Shown here: positions 10,699-20,459 of the stretch, in pieces
Position numbering within the stretch: position 1 is the stretch's first letter
Layout: every line of letters begins with the position of its first letter
DNA from: Candidatus Omnitrophota bacterium
GTDB taxonomy: Bacteria > Omnitrophota > Gorgyraeia > Zapsychrales > Aceulaceae
Direction: 5' to 3'
DNA: 64,000 nucleotides
NCBI GenBank assembly: GCA_029564765.1
Contig: JAKQPK010000075.1
Span: 4,603 to 68,602 of the forward strand
The notes under the pieces: generated by a model
What the model was told of the DNA's origin: nothing
What the model saw: only the letters and a program-made list of their open reading frames with translations
The model's database searches: none
Position numbers and translations under genes: made by a program

Positions 10699-10802
10699 TT
10701 AAAGTCAAAAATCAAAGCGATAGCACAAAAAATCATTGAGTTGGTGGAGTTCTTGCGATTGCTGAACTTTGAAATATTTTCTCGCTTAGATTTGACTTTT
10801 AA
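10699..10802. repeat. Second MITE-like element with 'ttaaagtcaaa'/'tttgactttta' terminal inverted repeats, between rpmF and plsX
   Basis: Imperfect 11-bp IR of the same motif family as 8712-8864. No ORF. Confidence 0.45.
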
Positions 10803-10821
10803 TTTTTAAACGGAGCTCAAT

Positions 10822-11808
10822 ATGAACATTATTGTCGACGCGATGGGCGGGGATCATGCTCCGCGAGAAATTGTCGATGGAGCGATCCAGGCGGTTAACG
10901 AATTCAACGTTAACATAACGTTTACGGGCGTTGAAGCCAAGATCCGAGCTGAGTTAGCCAAGTACGATTATCCGAAGGAAAAGATCAAGATCATCCATAC
11001 CGATGAAGTCGTGGATATGCACGATCCGGCTACCACCTCGATCCGCAAGAAGAAAAATTCTTCCATTTCTTTGGGTATCAATCTTCTGAAAGAATCCACA
11101 ACCTATAACGCGTTTATTAGTGCCGGCAACACGGGAGCGGTCGTGTGCGCGGCCACATTCTTGCTGGGAATGCTTCCGGGCGTGGAGCGTCCTGCTATTG
11201 GCCTTGTCATCCCAACCTTAAATAAATTTTCTTTCTTAATCGATGTGGGCGCCAATACAGACCCGAAGCCGGAGCATTTATTGCAGTCCGCGATCATGGC
11301 AAAGGTATACGCTCAAGAAGTCATGGGCATCAACGATCCGCGCATTGGTTTGCTGAATATTGGCGCCGAAGAAAGCAAGGGGACGGATTTCGTCAAAGAC
11401 GCGCATAAACTTTTTCTGGAGCGTTTGTCCAATTTTGCTGGCAATGTCGAAGCTAATGAGATTTTTGCGGGCCGCTGTGACTGTATCATTTGCGATGGCT
11501 ATGTCGGTAACGTAGTCATCAAGATCTCAGAAAGCCTGATGGAGTCCGCCTTAACGTTGATCCGGCGTGAGGTCAAAAAAAGTCCTATGTCTATGCTGGG
11601 AGCCATGCTCATGCGTGGATGCATGCGTGATATCAAGAAGCACGCGGATTATACCGAATACGGCGGCGCACCGCTTTTGGGTGTCAACGGCCTTGTGATG
11701 ATCAGTCATGGGCGCTCAAACGCGAAAGCTATTAAGAACGCGATCCGGGCGACGATCCACGAGATCGAAAACAATGTCATTGACCATATCATTCAAGAGG
11801 TTGTCTAA
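10822..11808 (+). CDS. plsX: Phosphate acyltransferase PlsX
   Basis: 'IVDAMGGDHAP', 'SAGNTGA', and the conserved yceD-rpmF-plsX-fabH-fabD operon context. Confidence 0.9.
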   Translation: MNIIVDAMGGDHAPREIVDGAIQAVNEFNVNITFTGVEAKIRAELAKYDYPKEKIKIIHTDEVVDMHDPATTSIRKKKNSSISLGINLLKESTTYNAFISAGNTGAVVCAATFLLGMLPGVERPAIGLVIPTLNKFSFLIDVGANTDPKPEHLLQSAIMAKVYAQEVMGINDPRIGLLNIGAEESKGTDFVKDAHKLFLERLSNFAGNVEANEIFAGRCDCIICDGYVGNVVIKISESLMESALTLIRREVKKSPMSMLGAMLMRGCMRDIKKHADYTEYGGAPLLGVNGLVMISHGRSNAKAIKNAIRATIHEIENNVIDHIIQEVV

Positions 11809-12788
11809 TGACGCCTGTCCAGATCACTGCTGTTGGCCATTATGTTCCTTCCCGCAAGTTGACCAATGCTGATCTTGAGAAGATAGTCGATACATCTGAT
11901 GAGTGGATCGTCACGCGCACAGGCATCAAAGAGCGCCGCATTGCCGGCGAGCACGAAAAAACAAGCCATTTAGCGATCGAGGCTGCCCGCCAAGTTTTAC
12001 ACAACGCCAAGATCGCCGCGAGCAAGATCGACCTGATTATCGTCGCGACAACGTCCCCAGACAGTAATTTTCCTTCTGTCGCATGCCTTGTTCAAAAAGC
12101 CTTGGGCGCAAGATCCGCGATTGCTTTTGATGTGTCAGCTGCTTGCACAGGATTTATTTACGCGATCTCAGTGGCGCATCAATTTTTATTGGCGAAAACA
12201 TACAAGAATGCTCTTGTGATCGCCGCGGACCGTTTGACGACCATGATCGACTGGCAAGATCGCAATACATGTGTTTTGTTCGGTGATGGGGCGGGGGCGT
12301 GCCTGCTGGAGTCCGGGGATAAAAAGGGGATCTTAGCAGAACATCTTGAAAGCTACGGTGAGTATGGTGAGCTGATGAAGATCATCGTTCCTGAAACACG
12401 GCACCCTTTAAAACCAAAGCATGCAAATGGAGTTTTACCTTATATTCAGATGCAAGGGCCTGAGCTATTTAAGATCGCGGTTAATTCGATGGCGGACTGC
12501 GTCGAGAAAGCCTTGGAAAAAGCCAAGATCACGATCAGCGAGGTGGCGTGCGTTGTGCCTCATCAGGCCAACGACCGTATCATCAGCGCGGTCGCGAAAA
12601 AGCTGGACATCCCTAAGGAGAAGTTTTTTATCAATATCGAGAAGTATGGCAATATGTCAGCAGCTTCAGCAGCGGTAGCGCTTTTTGAAGCAGTTGAGTT
12701 GGGGCGTATTCGCAAAGGCGATTACGCGGTCTTGGTCGCGTTCGGGGCAGGGCTTGTCGCTGGTGCGATCGTCATCAAATGGCAATAA
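11808..12788 (+). CDS. fabH: 3-oxoacyl-ACP synthase III
   Basis: 'GHYVPSRKLTNADLEKIVDTSDEWIVTRTGIKERR', active-site Cys 'AACTGF', 'HQANDRII'. Its ATG overlaps the plsX stop. Confidence 0.9.
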   Translation: MTPVQITAVGHYVPSRKLTNADLEKIVDTSDEWIVTRTGIKERRIAGEHEKTSHLAIEAARQVLHNAKIAASKIDLIIVATTSPDSNFPSVACLVQKALGARSAIAFDVSAACTGFIYAISVAHQFLLAKTYKNALVIAADRLTTMIDWQDRNTCVLFGDGAGACLLESGDKKGILAEHLESYGEYGELMKIIVPETRHPLKPKHANGVLPYIQMQGPELFKIAVNSMADCVEKALEKAKITISEVACVVPHQANDRIISAVAKKLDIPKEKFFINIEKYGNMSAASAAVALFEAVELGRIRKGDYAVLVAFGAGLVAGAIVIKWQ

Positions 12789-12801
12789 AGGAATATTGTT
12801 T

Positions 12802-13728
12802 ATGATAAATGTGGCATTGATTTTTCCAGGTCAGGGCGCTCAAAAGGTGGGCATGGGAAAGGAGTTGTACGATGCGATCCCAGCGGCCAAAGCTATTTTT
12901 GATTCTGCTCAGGCAACACTCGGCAATGACCTTCTTGATGTTATTTTTAATGGGCCCCAGGAAAAGCTGACACTTACATCCTACTCACAGCCGGCGATCG
13001 TTTCTTGCAGTATCGCAGGATTAAAGGCGCTTCAAGCGCATCCGAAATTTGGCGAGCTGAAGATCGCTTTTACGGCTGGACTTAGCTTGGGGGAATATTC
13101 GGCCTTGATCGCATCTGGAGCGCTCTCTTTTGAGGATGGTATTCGCTTGGTGCAAAAACGCGGCGCTTTTATGGATGAAGCCTGCAAGCTGCAACAAGGT
13201 GCCATGGCGGCCATTATCGGATTTCCTAAGGACAGGCTCAAAGAGATCTGCCGCGAAACCGGAGCGCAAGTCGCTAACTTTAATTCTCCAGAACAGATCG
13301 TCATTACAGGTCATGCTGACAAGGTCCAGGCTGCTGTTTCCGCGATCGAAAAAGAAAATCCAAAGAATATCGTTATGCTTGAAGTGGCCGGAGGATTTCA
13401 TTCAAGCCTGATGAAGTCTGCCGCGGAAAAGTTTTCTGCGGAGCTTTCAAAATTTAATTTGCAGACATTGAGCATCCCCCTCGTTGGCAACGTCAAAGGT
13501 GTGGCCGAAACAGATCCTGAAATCATCCGCCAAAACCTGCCTTTACAGATCACCTCATCTGTTCTCTGGGAAGATTCTGTCCGTTTTATGGCCGCGCAAG
13601 GTGTGAAGTATTTCATTGAGATCGGCCCTGGCAAGATCCTCAAAGGCCTTATTCGTCGTATCGATCCTACGTTAACTGTCTTTAACATTGAGAAGCCGCA
13701 GGATATAGAAACAGTATTTAGCATTTAG
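12802..13728 (+). CDS. fabD: Malonyl-CoA:ACP transacylase
   Basis: 'ALIFPGQGAQKVGMG', active-site 'GLSLGEYSAL'. The ATG at 12802 is chosen over the ORF-track's upstream extension at 12685, which overlaps fabH. Confidence 0.9.
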   Translation: MINVALIFPGQGAQKVGMGKELYDAIPAAKAIFDSAQATLGNDLLDVIFNGPQEKLTLTSYSQPAIVSCSIAGLKALQAHPKFGELKIAFTAGLSLGEYSALIASGALSFEDGIRLVQKRGAFMDEACKLQQGAMAAIIGFPKDRLKEICRETGAQVANFNSPEQIVITGHADKVQAAVSAIEKENPKNIVMLEVAGGFHSSLMKSAAEKFSAELSKFNLQTLSIPLVGNVKGVAETDPEIIRQNLPLQITSSVLWEDSVRFMAAQGVKYFIEIGPGKILKGLIRRIDPTLTVFNIEKPQDIETVFSI

Positions 13729-13877
13729 TCTTTAGTGTTTAGCTTTTGCCGACCTATCGAAATACTGTTTGAAGATACTAGATATTTTTCATTTTTCCCG
13801 CCAAAGATTTTCCATATTTTTAATGAATCACTGATATAAACTATGTATACTAATATATATTTATATATAAGGACGTT

Positions 13878-14312
13878 ATGCCTTGCCTTGGGACCAAAGA
13901 AATAGAAGCGATCCTGCCACAGAAATACCCATTTCTGCTCATTGATAGGGTTTTAGATTACAAAGAAGATGACTATCTTGTTGCTATTAAGAATATCACG
14001 GGTAACGAATGGAGTTCTGTTGACAGCGTCAGCCAGCTTGAATGTTGGCCGGAGATGTTGGCTGTAGAAGGAGCTTTGCAGGCTGCAATTATTTTGTATC
14101 ATAAAAGTAAGAATTTCCCCGGAGAGACTCCGGTATATTTTATTGGAAAAGTTATTTCTGAGTTTTATTGCTTACCTAAAATTGGTGATTCTTTAAATAT
14201 TGTAGTTTCCGCAGAAAAGCTAATGCGCATTGGTGGATATGCGCGTATCGATTTAAAGAATCAAAAAGAAAGAATTTCCAGCATCGAAATCTTTTTTAGC
14301 GTAAAGAGATGA
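13878..14312 (+). CDS. FabZ/FabA-like hotdog-fold 3-hydroxyacyl-ACP dehydratase. First gene of a low-GC coupled module
   Basis: 'LPQKYPFLLIDRVL' matches the FabZ N-terminal signature. 144 aa. Preceded by a ~150-bp AT-rich gap. Its stop overlaps the next start. Confidence 0.7.
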   Translation: MPCLGTKEIEAILPQKYPFLLIDRVLDYKEDDYLVAIKNITGNEWSSVDSVSQLECWPEMLAVEGALQAAIILYHKSKNFPGETPVYFIGKVISEFYCLPKIGDSLNIVVSAEKLMRIGGYARIDLKNQKERISSIEIFFSVKR

Positions 14313-15538
14313 TTAAACAAAAAAAAGACGAACGACGTGTCGTGGTCACAGGCTTAGGCGTTGTTTCGTCTATTGGTATTGGCTGGCAGGAATTCTGGAA
14401 AAACCTTCTCGCTGGAAAATCCGGTATCAGCAAGATCACTTCATTTGACACATCCTCCTACGACCGTCACTATGGCGGTGAAGTCAAAGATTTTAATCCC
14501 TATAAATTTATTGATAAGCGAAAAGCGGACCGTATGGGCCGGGCTTCACAGATGGCTATTGCTAGCTGTAATCTTGCATTATCTGACGCAGATTTCTCTT
14601 TTGCAAGAGTTGGCAGAAGAAAGGTGGGGGTTTTTATCGGTACCACAACAGGAGAAATTGCACGCCTAGAGCAATACTACAAGACTTGGCATAGCACGAA
14701 CAAAAAAATACCAGTTCCTATGAACCTAATTACTTTTCCAACCTATTGCCTAAGCTCACATGTTAGTAGATATTTTCGGCTTTCTGGACCAAGCGTGGTT
14801 TTTTCTAATGCATGCGCTGCCGGGAATTATGCCATTGGTTACGCGTATGATTTGATAAAGAATGGGCGTATTGAACTTGCTATCGCTGGCGGAGTTGATG
14901 GCATTTCAAATATTGTGTTTACTGGCTTTAGTCGTTTATTAGCTATAGCTCCAGAAAAATGTCAACCTTTTGATAAGGATAGAAAAGGGATGATTCCTGG
15001 GGAGGGGTCTGGAATTCTTTTTCTGGAGAATTTAGATAGCGCATTAAAGAGAAAAGCTAGAATCTATGCTGAAATTTATGGATATGGTCTTTCTTGCGAT
15101 GGCCATCATATGACAAGCCCTTCTCCTGACGGAGTAGTTCTTTCAATAAAGAAATGTTTAGATGCTTCAGGAGTCTGTTGCGATGCTGTAGATTATGTCA
15201 GCGCTCATGGGACCGGTACAATAGAGAATGATCGATTGGAATGCCAAGCTATAAAAACTATTTTTGGGGCACGGCGGAGAAAAATTCCCGTATCATCTAT
15301 TAAGTCTATGATTGGTCATTGCATGGGAGCATCTTCTGCGATAGAGGCGATTACATGTTGTCTTGCGATAAAAGATCAAAAGATTCCACCAACAATTGGT
15401 TTTAACGAAAAAGATCCTGATTGTGATATTGATTGCGTTCCAAATAAATCCCGAGAAGCAAAAGTAGGCGTTGTTTTGAACAATTCGCTAGCATTTGGTG
15501 GTAATAACGCTAGCTTGCTATTAGGAAAAAGAAAATGA
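14309..15538 (+). CDS. Beta-ketoacyl-ACP synthase (KAS I/II-like condensing enzyme)
   Basis: Catalytic triad context 'SNACAAGNYAIGYA', 'SAHGTGT', 'GHCMGASS'. 409 aa. Overlaps its neighbours by 4 nt. Confidence 0.8.
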   Translation: MIKQKKDERRVVVTGLGVVSSIGIGWQEFWKNLLAGKSGISKITSFDTSSYDRHYGGEVKDFNPYKFIDKRKADRMGRASQMAIASCNLALSDADFSFARVGRRKVGVFIGTTTGEIARLEQYYKTWHSTNKKIPVPMNLITFPTYCLSSHVSRYFRLSGPSVVFSNACAAGNYAIGYAYDLIKNGRIELAIAGGVDGISNIVFTGFSRLLAIAPEKCQPFDKDRKGMIPGEGSGILFLENLDSALKRKARIYAEIYGYGLSCDGHHMTSPSPDGVVLSIKKCLDASGVCCDAVDYVSAHGTGTIENDRLECQAIKTIFGARRRKIPVSSIKSMIGHCMGASSAIEAITCCLAIKDQKIPPTIGFNEKDPDCDIDCVPNKSREAKVGVVLNNSLAFGGNNASLLLGKRK

Positions 15539-16950
15539 ATGATGAAAGATATCAGGTAATCATTATTGGGGCTGGAATTGGTGGCCTAGTTTCTGGATGT
15601 CTTCTTGCGCTTGCAAAGAAGAAGGTTTTAATTGTCGAAAAGAATGATGTTCCAGGAGGATACTGCACATCGTTTAAGCAATTTGGTCTGCATTTCGATA
15701 CTTGTGCCCATTCATTGGGAGATTTATCGAAGCAAGGCAAGTTGTTTGCGATACTAAATAAGATTGGAGTCTTAGAAAAGGTAAAGAGAGTCCGGTACGA
15801 TCCAGGAGACATCATTGTCACAGAAGATTTTGAAGTGTGTTTTAATAATTCTTTGGATAAGACAATAAGAAATCTTTCAAGCATTTTTCCAAAAGAAAAA
15901 GAAGCAATTTCTGCATTCTTTAAGAATATTGTATGTCGACAAGATTTTGTTCAGGCAATGCAGCTTCATAAACAAACTTTTAGCATGCTTCTTGATGATT
16001 ATTTTGTTGATTTGCGACTTAAGAAAATTTTAGGTCTTTTTCCGCTTGGAAATCTCGGAACTCCGGCAAACCACGTCTCAGCGTTTATTGCCGTGAAACA
16101 TTTCAAGCAATTCATTGTTGATGGAGGTTATTATTTATCTAGGGGGATGGATGATTTACCAAGAGCTTTGATGCGGCGCTTCACAGCTCTTGGCGGAAAG
16201 CTTAGCTTTGGATCAGAGGTTGCCTCGGTGAAATGCAGAAATAATACAGCTGTAGGGATTATTTTACGAAATGGTCGTGAATTTTCTGCAGATTTTATTA
16301 TTTCTGCTTGCGACCTAAAGAGTGTTTTCATGAGAATGTTAACTGATTTGAAAACAAGGAAGCGTGCAAAAAATATTATTCGAGAAATGCAGCCATCCCT
16401 TTCTTTATTTGTTGCGCATGTTGTATTGAAAAAGAAGCTATGCAATTCTTATTCTCCTGGGACAAATGTCTGGCGTCTTCGTAATTATGAATATGATCGA
16501 GTGCATAAACGGCAAATTAATTATTCTGATATGTCTGTAGGGTGGATAATGCTTAGAATTGGTATCAGAAAAAAGACTGTAACGCTATTTACGAACGCTC
16601 CTTATCGGGGTAGTTCGTTTTGGAGGAGGAATAGGGTTGATTTCTTTAGCAGAATCCTAAAATTAGCCTCAGATGTAGTCCCTGGAATAGATAACAATGT
16701 AAAATCAGTTCAGCTTTTAACTCCTTTTGGGCTAAACAAGATGACTGGAAATTATAATGGTGCAGGATATGGATGGGCCAGCACTCCGAATCAGTCTTTT
16801 GTAGCTGACCTCTTAAGCGACGGAGTCGCTAAGAACCTTTTTTTATCTGGTCATTGGGGTTCAGTTGCCCAGGGAATCCCTGGAGTGGCTATTGCAGGAG
16901 AGCGTGTTTCAAGAATAATTTTAGCTAGAATGAAAAATGTCAAGATCTAA
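15535..16950 (+). CDS. FAD/NAD(P)-dependent oxidoreductase of the phytoene-desaturase/amine-oxidase (CrtI-like) family
   Basis: Rossmann motif 'VIIIGAGIGGLVSGCLLA...VLIVEKNDVPGG'. About 470 aa, typical CrtI/RetSat-family length. Confidence 0.7.
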   Translation: MNDERYQVIIIGAGIGGLVSGCLLALAKKKVLIVEKNDVPGGYCTSFKQFGLHFDTCAHSLGDLSKQGKLFAILNKIGVLEKVKRVRYDPGDIIVTEDFEVCFNNSLDKTIRNLSSIFPKEKEAISAFFKNIVCRQDFVQAMQLHKQTFSMLLDDYFVDLRLKKILGLFPLGNLGTPANHVSAFIAVKHFKQFIVDGGYYLSRGMDDLPRALMRRFTALGGKLSFGSEVASVKCRNNTAVGIILRNGREFSADFIISACDLKSVFMRMLTDLKTRKRAKNIIREMQPSLSLFVAHVVLKKKLCNSYSPGTNVWRLRNYEYDRVHKRQINYSDMSVGWIMLRIGIRKKTVTLFTNAPYRGSSFWRRNRVDFFSRILKLASDVVPGIDNNVKSVQLLTPFGLNKMTGNYNGAGYGWASTPNQSFVADLLSDGVAKNLFLSGHWGSVAQGIPGVAIAGERVSRIILARMKNVKI

Positions 16951-18235
16951 TAATCGAAAAAAAGTTGTGGTAACTGGCTTAGGACCAATTACATCAGTTG
17001 GAATTGGAGCTGATGCATTATGGCAATCGCTTTTTGAGGGAAAAACGGACATTGTTGAACATAAGCATATTTTGTCAGGGGAGCTAATTGATACCTTTCC
17101 TTTGCATATGATTCAATCGTTTAATCTCGATGATTTTAAGATTCCTGAGAATGGGCTGAAATCTATACGAGACTGGAAAAAAGACGCTATAGATAGAGAG
17201 TTGAGTCTTTTTCTTGCTTCAATTAAGGTTGCTCTTGACGATAGCAAAATAAAAAATTCTTATCGTAAGGATATCGGTTTTGTTTTTACTCAAGAAATGC
17301 CAGGGGTAGAAGATTTTTTTGAAAAGGTCATCATAAAGACAATTAATTTTAGTCGTACAGGTAAAAAAATGACACACAAAAATGTTAGCGAATACTTGTA
17401 TGAAGCATGCGAGGCCCAGGGATACGATCTCCAGACTTTTATGTATATATATTTTGCCCTAAAGTGTTTTGGTTGCCACGGATATTCTTTATTTATCAAC
17501 AATGCATGTGCATCAGGATCCTATGCGATTGAAGAAGCTGCTCGGATTATTCGTTCTGGCCATCAGAAAATTATAATTGTTTCCGGGGGAGACTCTCCGA
17601 TAAAATCTTTTAAATATAATTGGTTTAAAAAGCGTGGCCTGTACTCTAGCGATGGTCTTGTAAGACCATTTTGTCGTAACTCTAATGGAATTGTTTTTGG
17701 TGAAGGCGTTTCATCTCTGGTATTGGAAGATTTTGATCATGCAAAAAAGCGTGAAGCTAAGATTTACGCGGAATATCTTGGAGGGGGTTTTTCACAGGAA
17801 GCATGGAAGGTGACATTGCCAAATATCACCGAGAATTTCTATTTGTCAGCCTTTCAGAAAGGACTTAAGGAGTCGAAAGTTGATATTTCGGAAATCGATT
17901 TTGTTAATGCCCATGGGGTAGGCATTAAAATTACTGACAATTATGAGGCTCGTACGATTAAGAAAGTTTTTAGCAGGTTAAAGAATAAGCCTTTAGTTAC
18001 CGCGTTTAAACCTTACATTGGTCATAATTTAGGTGGGAGCAGCTTGATCGAGAGCGTGATATCTATACTTTGTTTAAAAAACAATTGTATTCTGCCAACT
18101 TTAAATACGGAAGATTATGATGAAAATCTTGGGATAAATCTTGCAAGAGAGAAAGTTGAGAAAGATTTACGCATTTTTGCAAAGATGTCGTGTGGTTTTG
18201 CTGGGTTTAATTCGGTTATTTTCTTTAGAAAGTAA
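16937..18235 (+). CDS. Second beta-ketoacyl-ACP synthase-like protein (divergent KAS)
   Basis: 'NNACASGSYAIEEAARII' (Cys retained), 'NAHGVG', 'GHNLGGSS'. Overlaps the upstream gene by 14 nt. Confidence 0.7.
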   Translation: MSRSNNRKKVVVTGLGPITSVGIGADALWQSLFEGKTDIVEHKHILSGELIDTFPLHMIQSFNLDDFKIPENGLKSIRDWKKDAIDRELSLFLASIKVALDDSKIKNSYRKDIGFVFTQEMPGVEDFFEKVIIKTINFSRTGKKMTHKNVSEYLYEACEAQGYDLQTFMYIYFALKCFGCHGYSLFINNACASGSYAIEEAARIIRSGHQKIIIVSGGDSPIKSFKYNWFKKRGLYSSDGLVRPFCRNSNGIVFGEGVSSLVLEDFDHAKKREAKIYAEYLGGGFSQEAWKVTLPNITENFYLSAFQKGLKESKVDISEIDFVNAHGVGIKITDNYEARTIKKVFSRLKNKPLVTAFKPYIGHNLGGSSLIESVISILCLKNNCILPTLNTEDYDENLGINLAREKVEKDLRIFAKMSCGFAGFNSVIFFRK

Positions 18236-18241
18236 TTATCC

Positions 18242-20434
18242 ATGGCTCAATCATTTAGTTTATTGCGAATACTTTTTATCTTATCTGGCCTTACGCTGTC
18301 CCTAACCTGTTTCGCGCTTCTTTTTATAATTTTAAAATTTGGAAGAACCAAATTAACAAAAGTTTGGGCTTGTTTTAATTTATCAGTCTTTGTTTGGGGA
18401 TTAGGTGTTTCGATGATTGGGTTTGCGAAAAATGATAGCGAAGCTTGGTTAGCTTGGAAGATTGGTCATGCGGGAGCGATTTTTATTGCTGGAACGTTCT
18501 TTCACGTCGTCAGCGTCCTGACTGATAAGGGGTTGCGGCGCTTTATCGCAGTTGTTTATAGCTATTCTTGTGTTTTCTTGCTTTTGAATATCCTAGATCA
18601 ACTTAATATCAGTATCATTGAAAAATTTGATGGAATATATTTTATATTTCCAGAAAACTTTTTGTACCCATTCTTAATTACAGCTTGGGTGGTAATCGTT
18701 TTATTTGCATTCATTATTTTAATACAATCTTTGCGGACTGTCAGCCAAAGATTATACAATCAGCTTCGGTATTTTCTGATTGGGACGACAGTCGGATTTC
18801 TTGGCGGTCTTAGCAATTTTCTCCCAATGTTTAATGTAAACATTTATCCTTTAGGAAATTTTTTGATATCATTTTATTGTTGTTTCTGCAGCTATGCAAT
18901 CTTGAGGCATCGCCTTATGGATGTCAGCATTGCGATAACTCGGACGGGGATTTTTGTTTTAGTCTATTCGCTCGTTCTTGGCATCCCTTTTGCCATCGCT
19001 TTCGGACTGAAAGATTATTTATTTTCTATTCTTGGAAATATTTGGTGGATTATTCCTTTATTTGCCTCAACCATGCTGGGCACTGCTGGGCCATATCTTT
19101 ATTTCTTTATCCAGCGCAAGGCAGAAGAAAAGTTATTAGCCGACCAAAAGCGCTACCAATCGACCTTAAAGCAAGCGTCGGCAGGCATGACGCGTATCAA
19201 GGACCTAAAAAAGCTTTTAAATTTGATCGTCTATATTCTCTCTAGAACGGTTAATCTAACGCATGCATCTCTGTATCTCTACAATCCAAAAAGTCGTGAC
19301 TATACCCTTGAGGCTGTGAGAGGCGAGAAGCTTTCGAAGAAGAATTATTACATTAGCCGTCGCTGTGCGTTGATTGATTATCTGGAAAAAGCAAAGCTGC
19401 CTATCGTAGCTGAAGAGATCAAGCAGCAAAGTCAAGATTACAACAATGAAAACTTGAAAGAAGTCTACGCGCAGCTTAAGGAAATTGGCGCGGAAGTTGC
19501 TGTTCCGATCCTTACGGAAAAGCGCTTGTTGGCAATAGGTGTTCTCGGTAAAAAAAATACAGGATCGATGTATACACCGGATGACTTGACAGTTTTCTCA
19601 ATTCTGGCAAGCCAGGTCGCGCTTGCTATCGAAAACGCTCAGTTCTACGAAGAGTCCAAACAGACCCAGGAACAACTTTTCCAGGCGGAAAAAATGGCGA
19701 CGATCGGCACGATGGCTGACGGCCTGTCACATCAGATCAATAATCGTCTACATACGCTTGGCTTTATTGCCGGAGACGCTTTGGACACCATCAACCTGAG
19801 CAAGGATGTTCAGGATCCTTCAAGGTTCCAGTCGATCTTGGCCGAAATATCCAAAGCACTTGTAAAGATCCAGGAAAATGTCCGTCAAGGCGGCGAGATC
19901 GTTCAAGGATTATTGCGCTATACGCGAAAAGGCCAGGAAGGCTTTGGGGAGGTGGTCTTTGACAAGCTTGTCGATGAAGTTGTTGAGATGGCGCAATTCA
20001 AGATCAAAAAAGAATATGTGGCGATCGTTAAGGACTATCCTCAAGATCTGCCTGGGATCCATGGGAATTTTACGCAGCTGCAAGAAGTCTTTTTTAATAT
20101 CATTGATAACGCGTATGACGCGATCATGCAAAAGAAACATGAGATCGCGGATGAAAATTTTAGCGGCAAGATCAAGATCTCAACTCGCCAGACCGAGAAA
20201 TTTTTGGAGGTCAATGTTCTCGATAACGGCATGGGCGTTAAAGAAGATGACCAGACAAAGCTCTTTACACCATTTTTCACGACAAAAGTGTCAAGTCGTA
20301 AAGGTACGGGATTGGGGCTTTATGTGATCAAGAAGATCGTTGAAGACAACCATCAGGGAGAAGTCTTCATTTCCTCCGAACATAAAGTAGGGACATTGTT
20401 CATTGTCAGGCTACCGATAGGAAAGAAGGGATAA
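18242..20434 (+). CDS. Sensor histidine kinase with a polytopic (7TM-type) N-terminal sensor, a GAF-like region, and HisKA/HATPase
   Basis: About seven N-terminal TM helices. H-box 'DGLSHQINNRLHTL', N-box 'FFNIIDNAYDA', G-box 'GTGLGLYVIKKIV'. Confidence 0.8.
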   Translation: MAQSFSLLRILFILSGLTLSLTCFALLFIILKFGRTKLTKVWACFNLSVFVWGLGVSMIGFAKNDSEAWLAWKIGHAGAIFIAGTFFHVVSVLTDKGLRRFIAVVYSYSCVFLLLNILDQLNISIIEKFDGIYFIFPENFLYPFLITAWVVIVLFAFIILIQSLRTVSQRLYNQLRYFLIGTTVGFLGGLSNFLPMFNVNIYPLGNFLISFYCCFCSYAILRHRLMDVSIAITRTGIFVLVYSLVLGIPFAIAFGLKDYLFSILGNIWWIIPLFASTMLGTAGPYLYFFIQRKAEEKLLADQKRYQSTLKQASAGMTRIKDLKKLLNLIVYILSRTVNLTHASLYLYNPKSRDYTLEAVRGEKLSKKNYYISRRCALIDYLEKAKLPIVAEEIKQQSQDYNNENLKEVYAQLKEIGAEVAVPILTEKRLLAIGVLGKKNTGSMYTPDDLTVFSILASQVALAIENAQFYEESKQTQEQLFQAEKMATIGTMADGLSHQINNRLHTLGFIAGDALDTINLSKDVQDPSRFQSILAEISKALVKIQENVRQGGEIVQGLLRYTRKGQEGFGEVVFDKLVDEVVEMAQFKIKKEYVAIVKDYPQDLPGIHGNFTQLQEVFFNIIDNAYDAIMQKKHEIADENFSGKIKISTRQTEKFLEVNVLDNGMGVKEDDQTKLFTPFFTTKVSSRKGTGLGLYVIKKIVEDNHQGEVFISSEHKVGTLFIVRLPIGKKG

Positions 20435-20459
20435 AGGGGCAAAGGACTAAAGGGTTAAA

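Noticed and set aside
12685-12801. ORF-track N-terminal extension of fabD (start 12685)
   Set aside because: The extension overlaps the fabH C-terminus in another frame. The canonical 'MINVALIFPGQGAQ' start at 12802 matches the FabD family.
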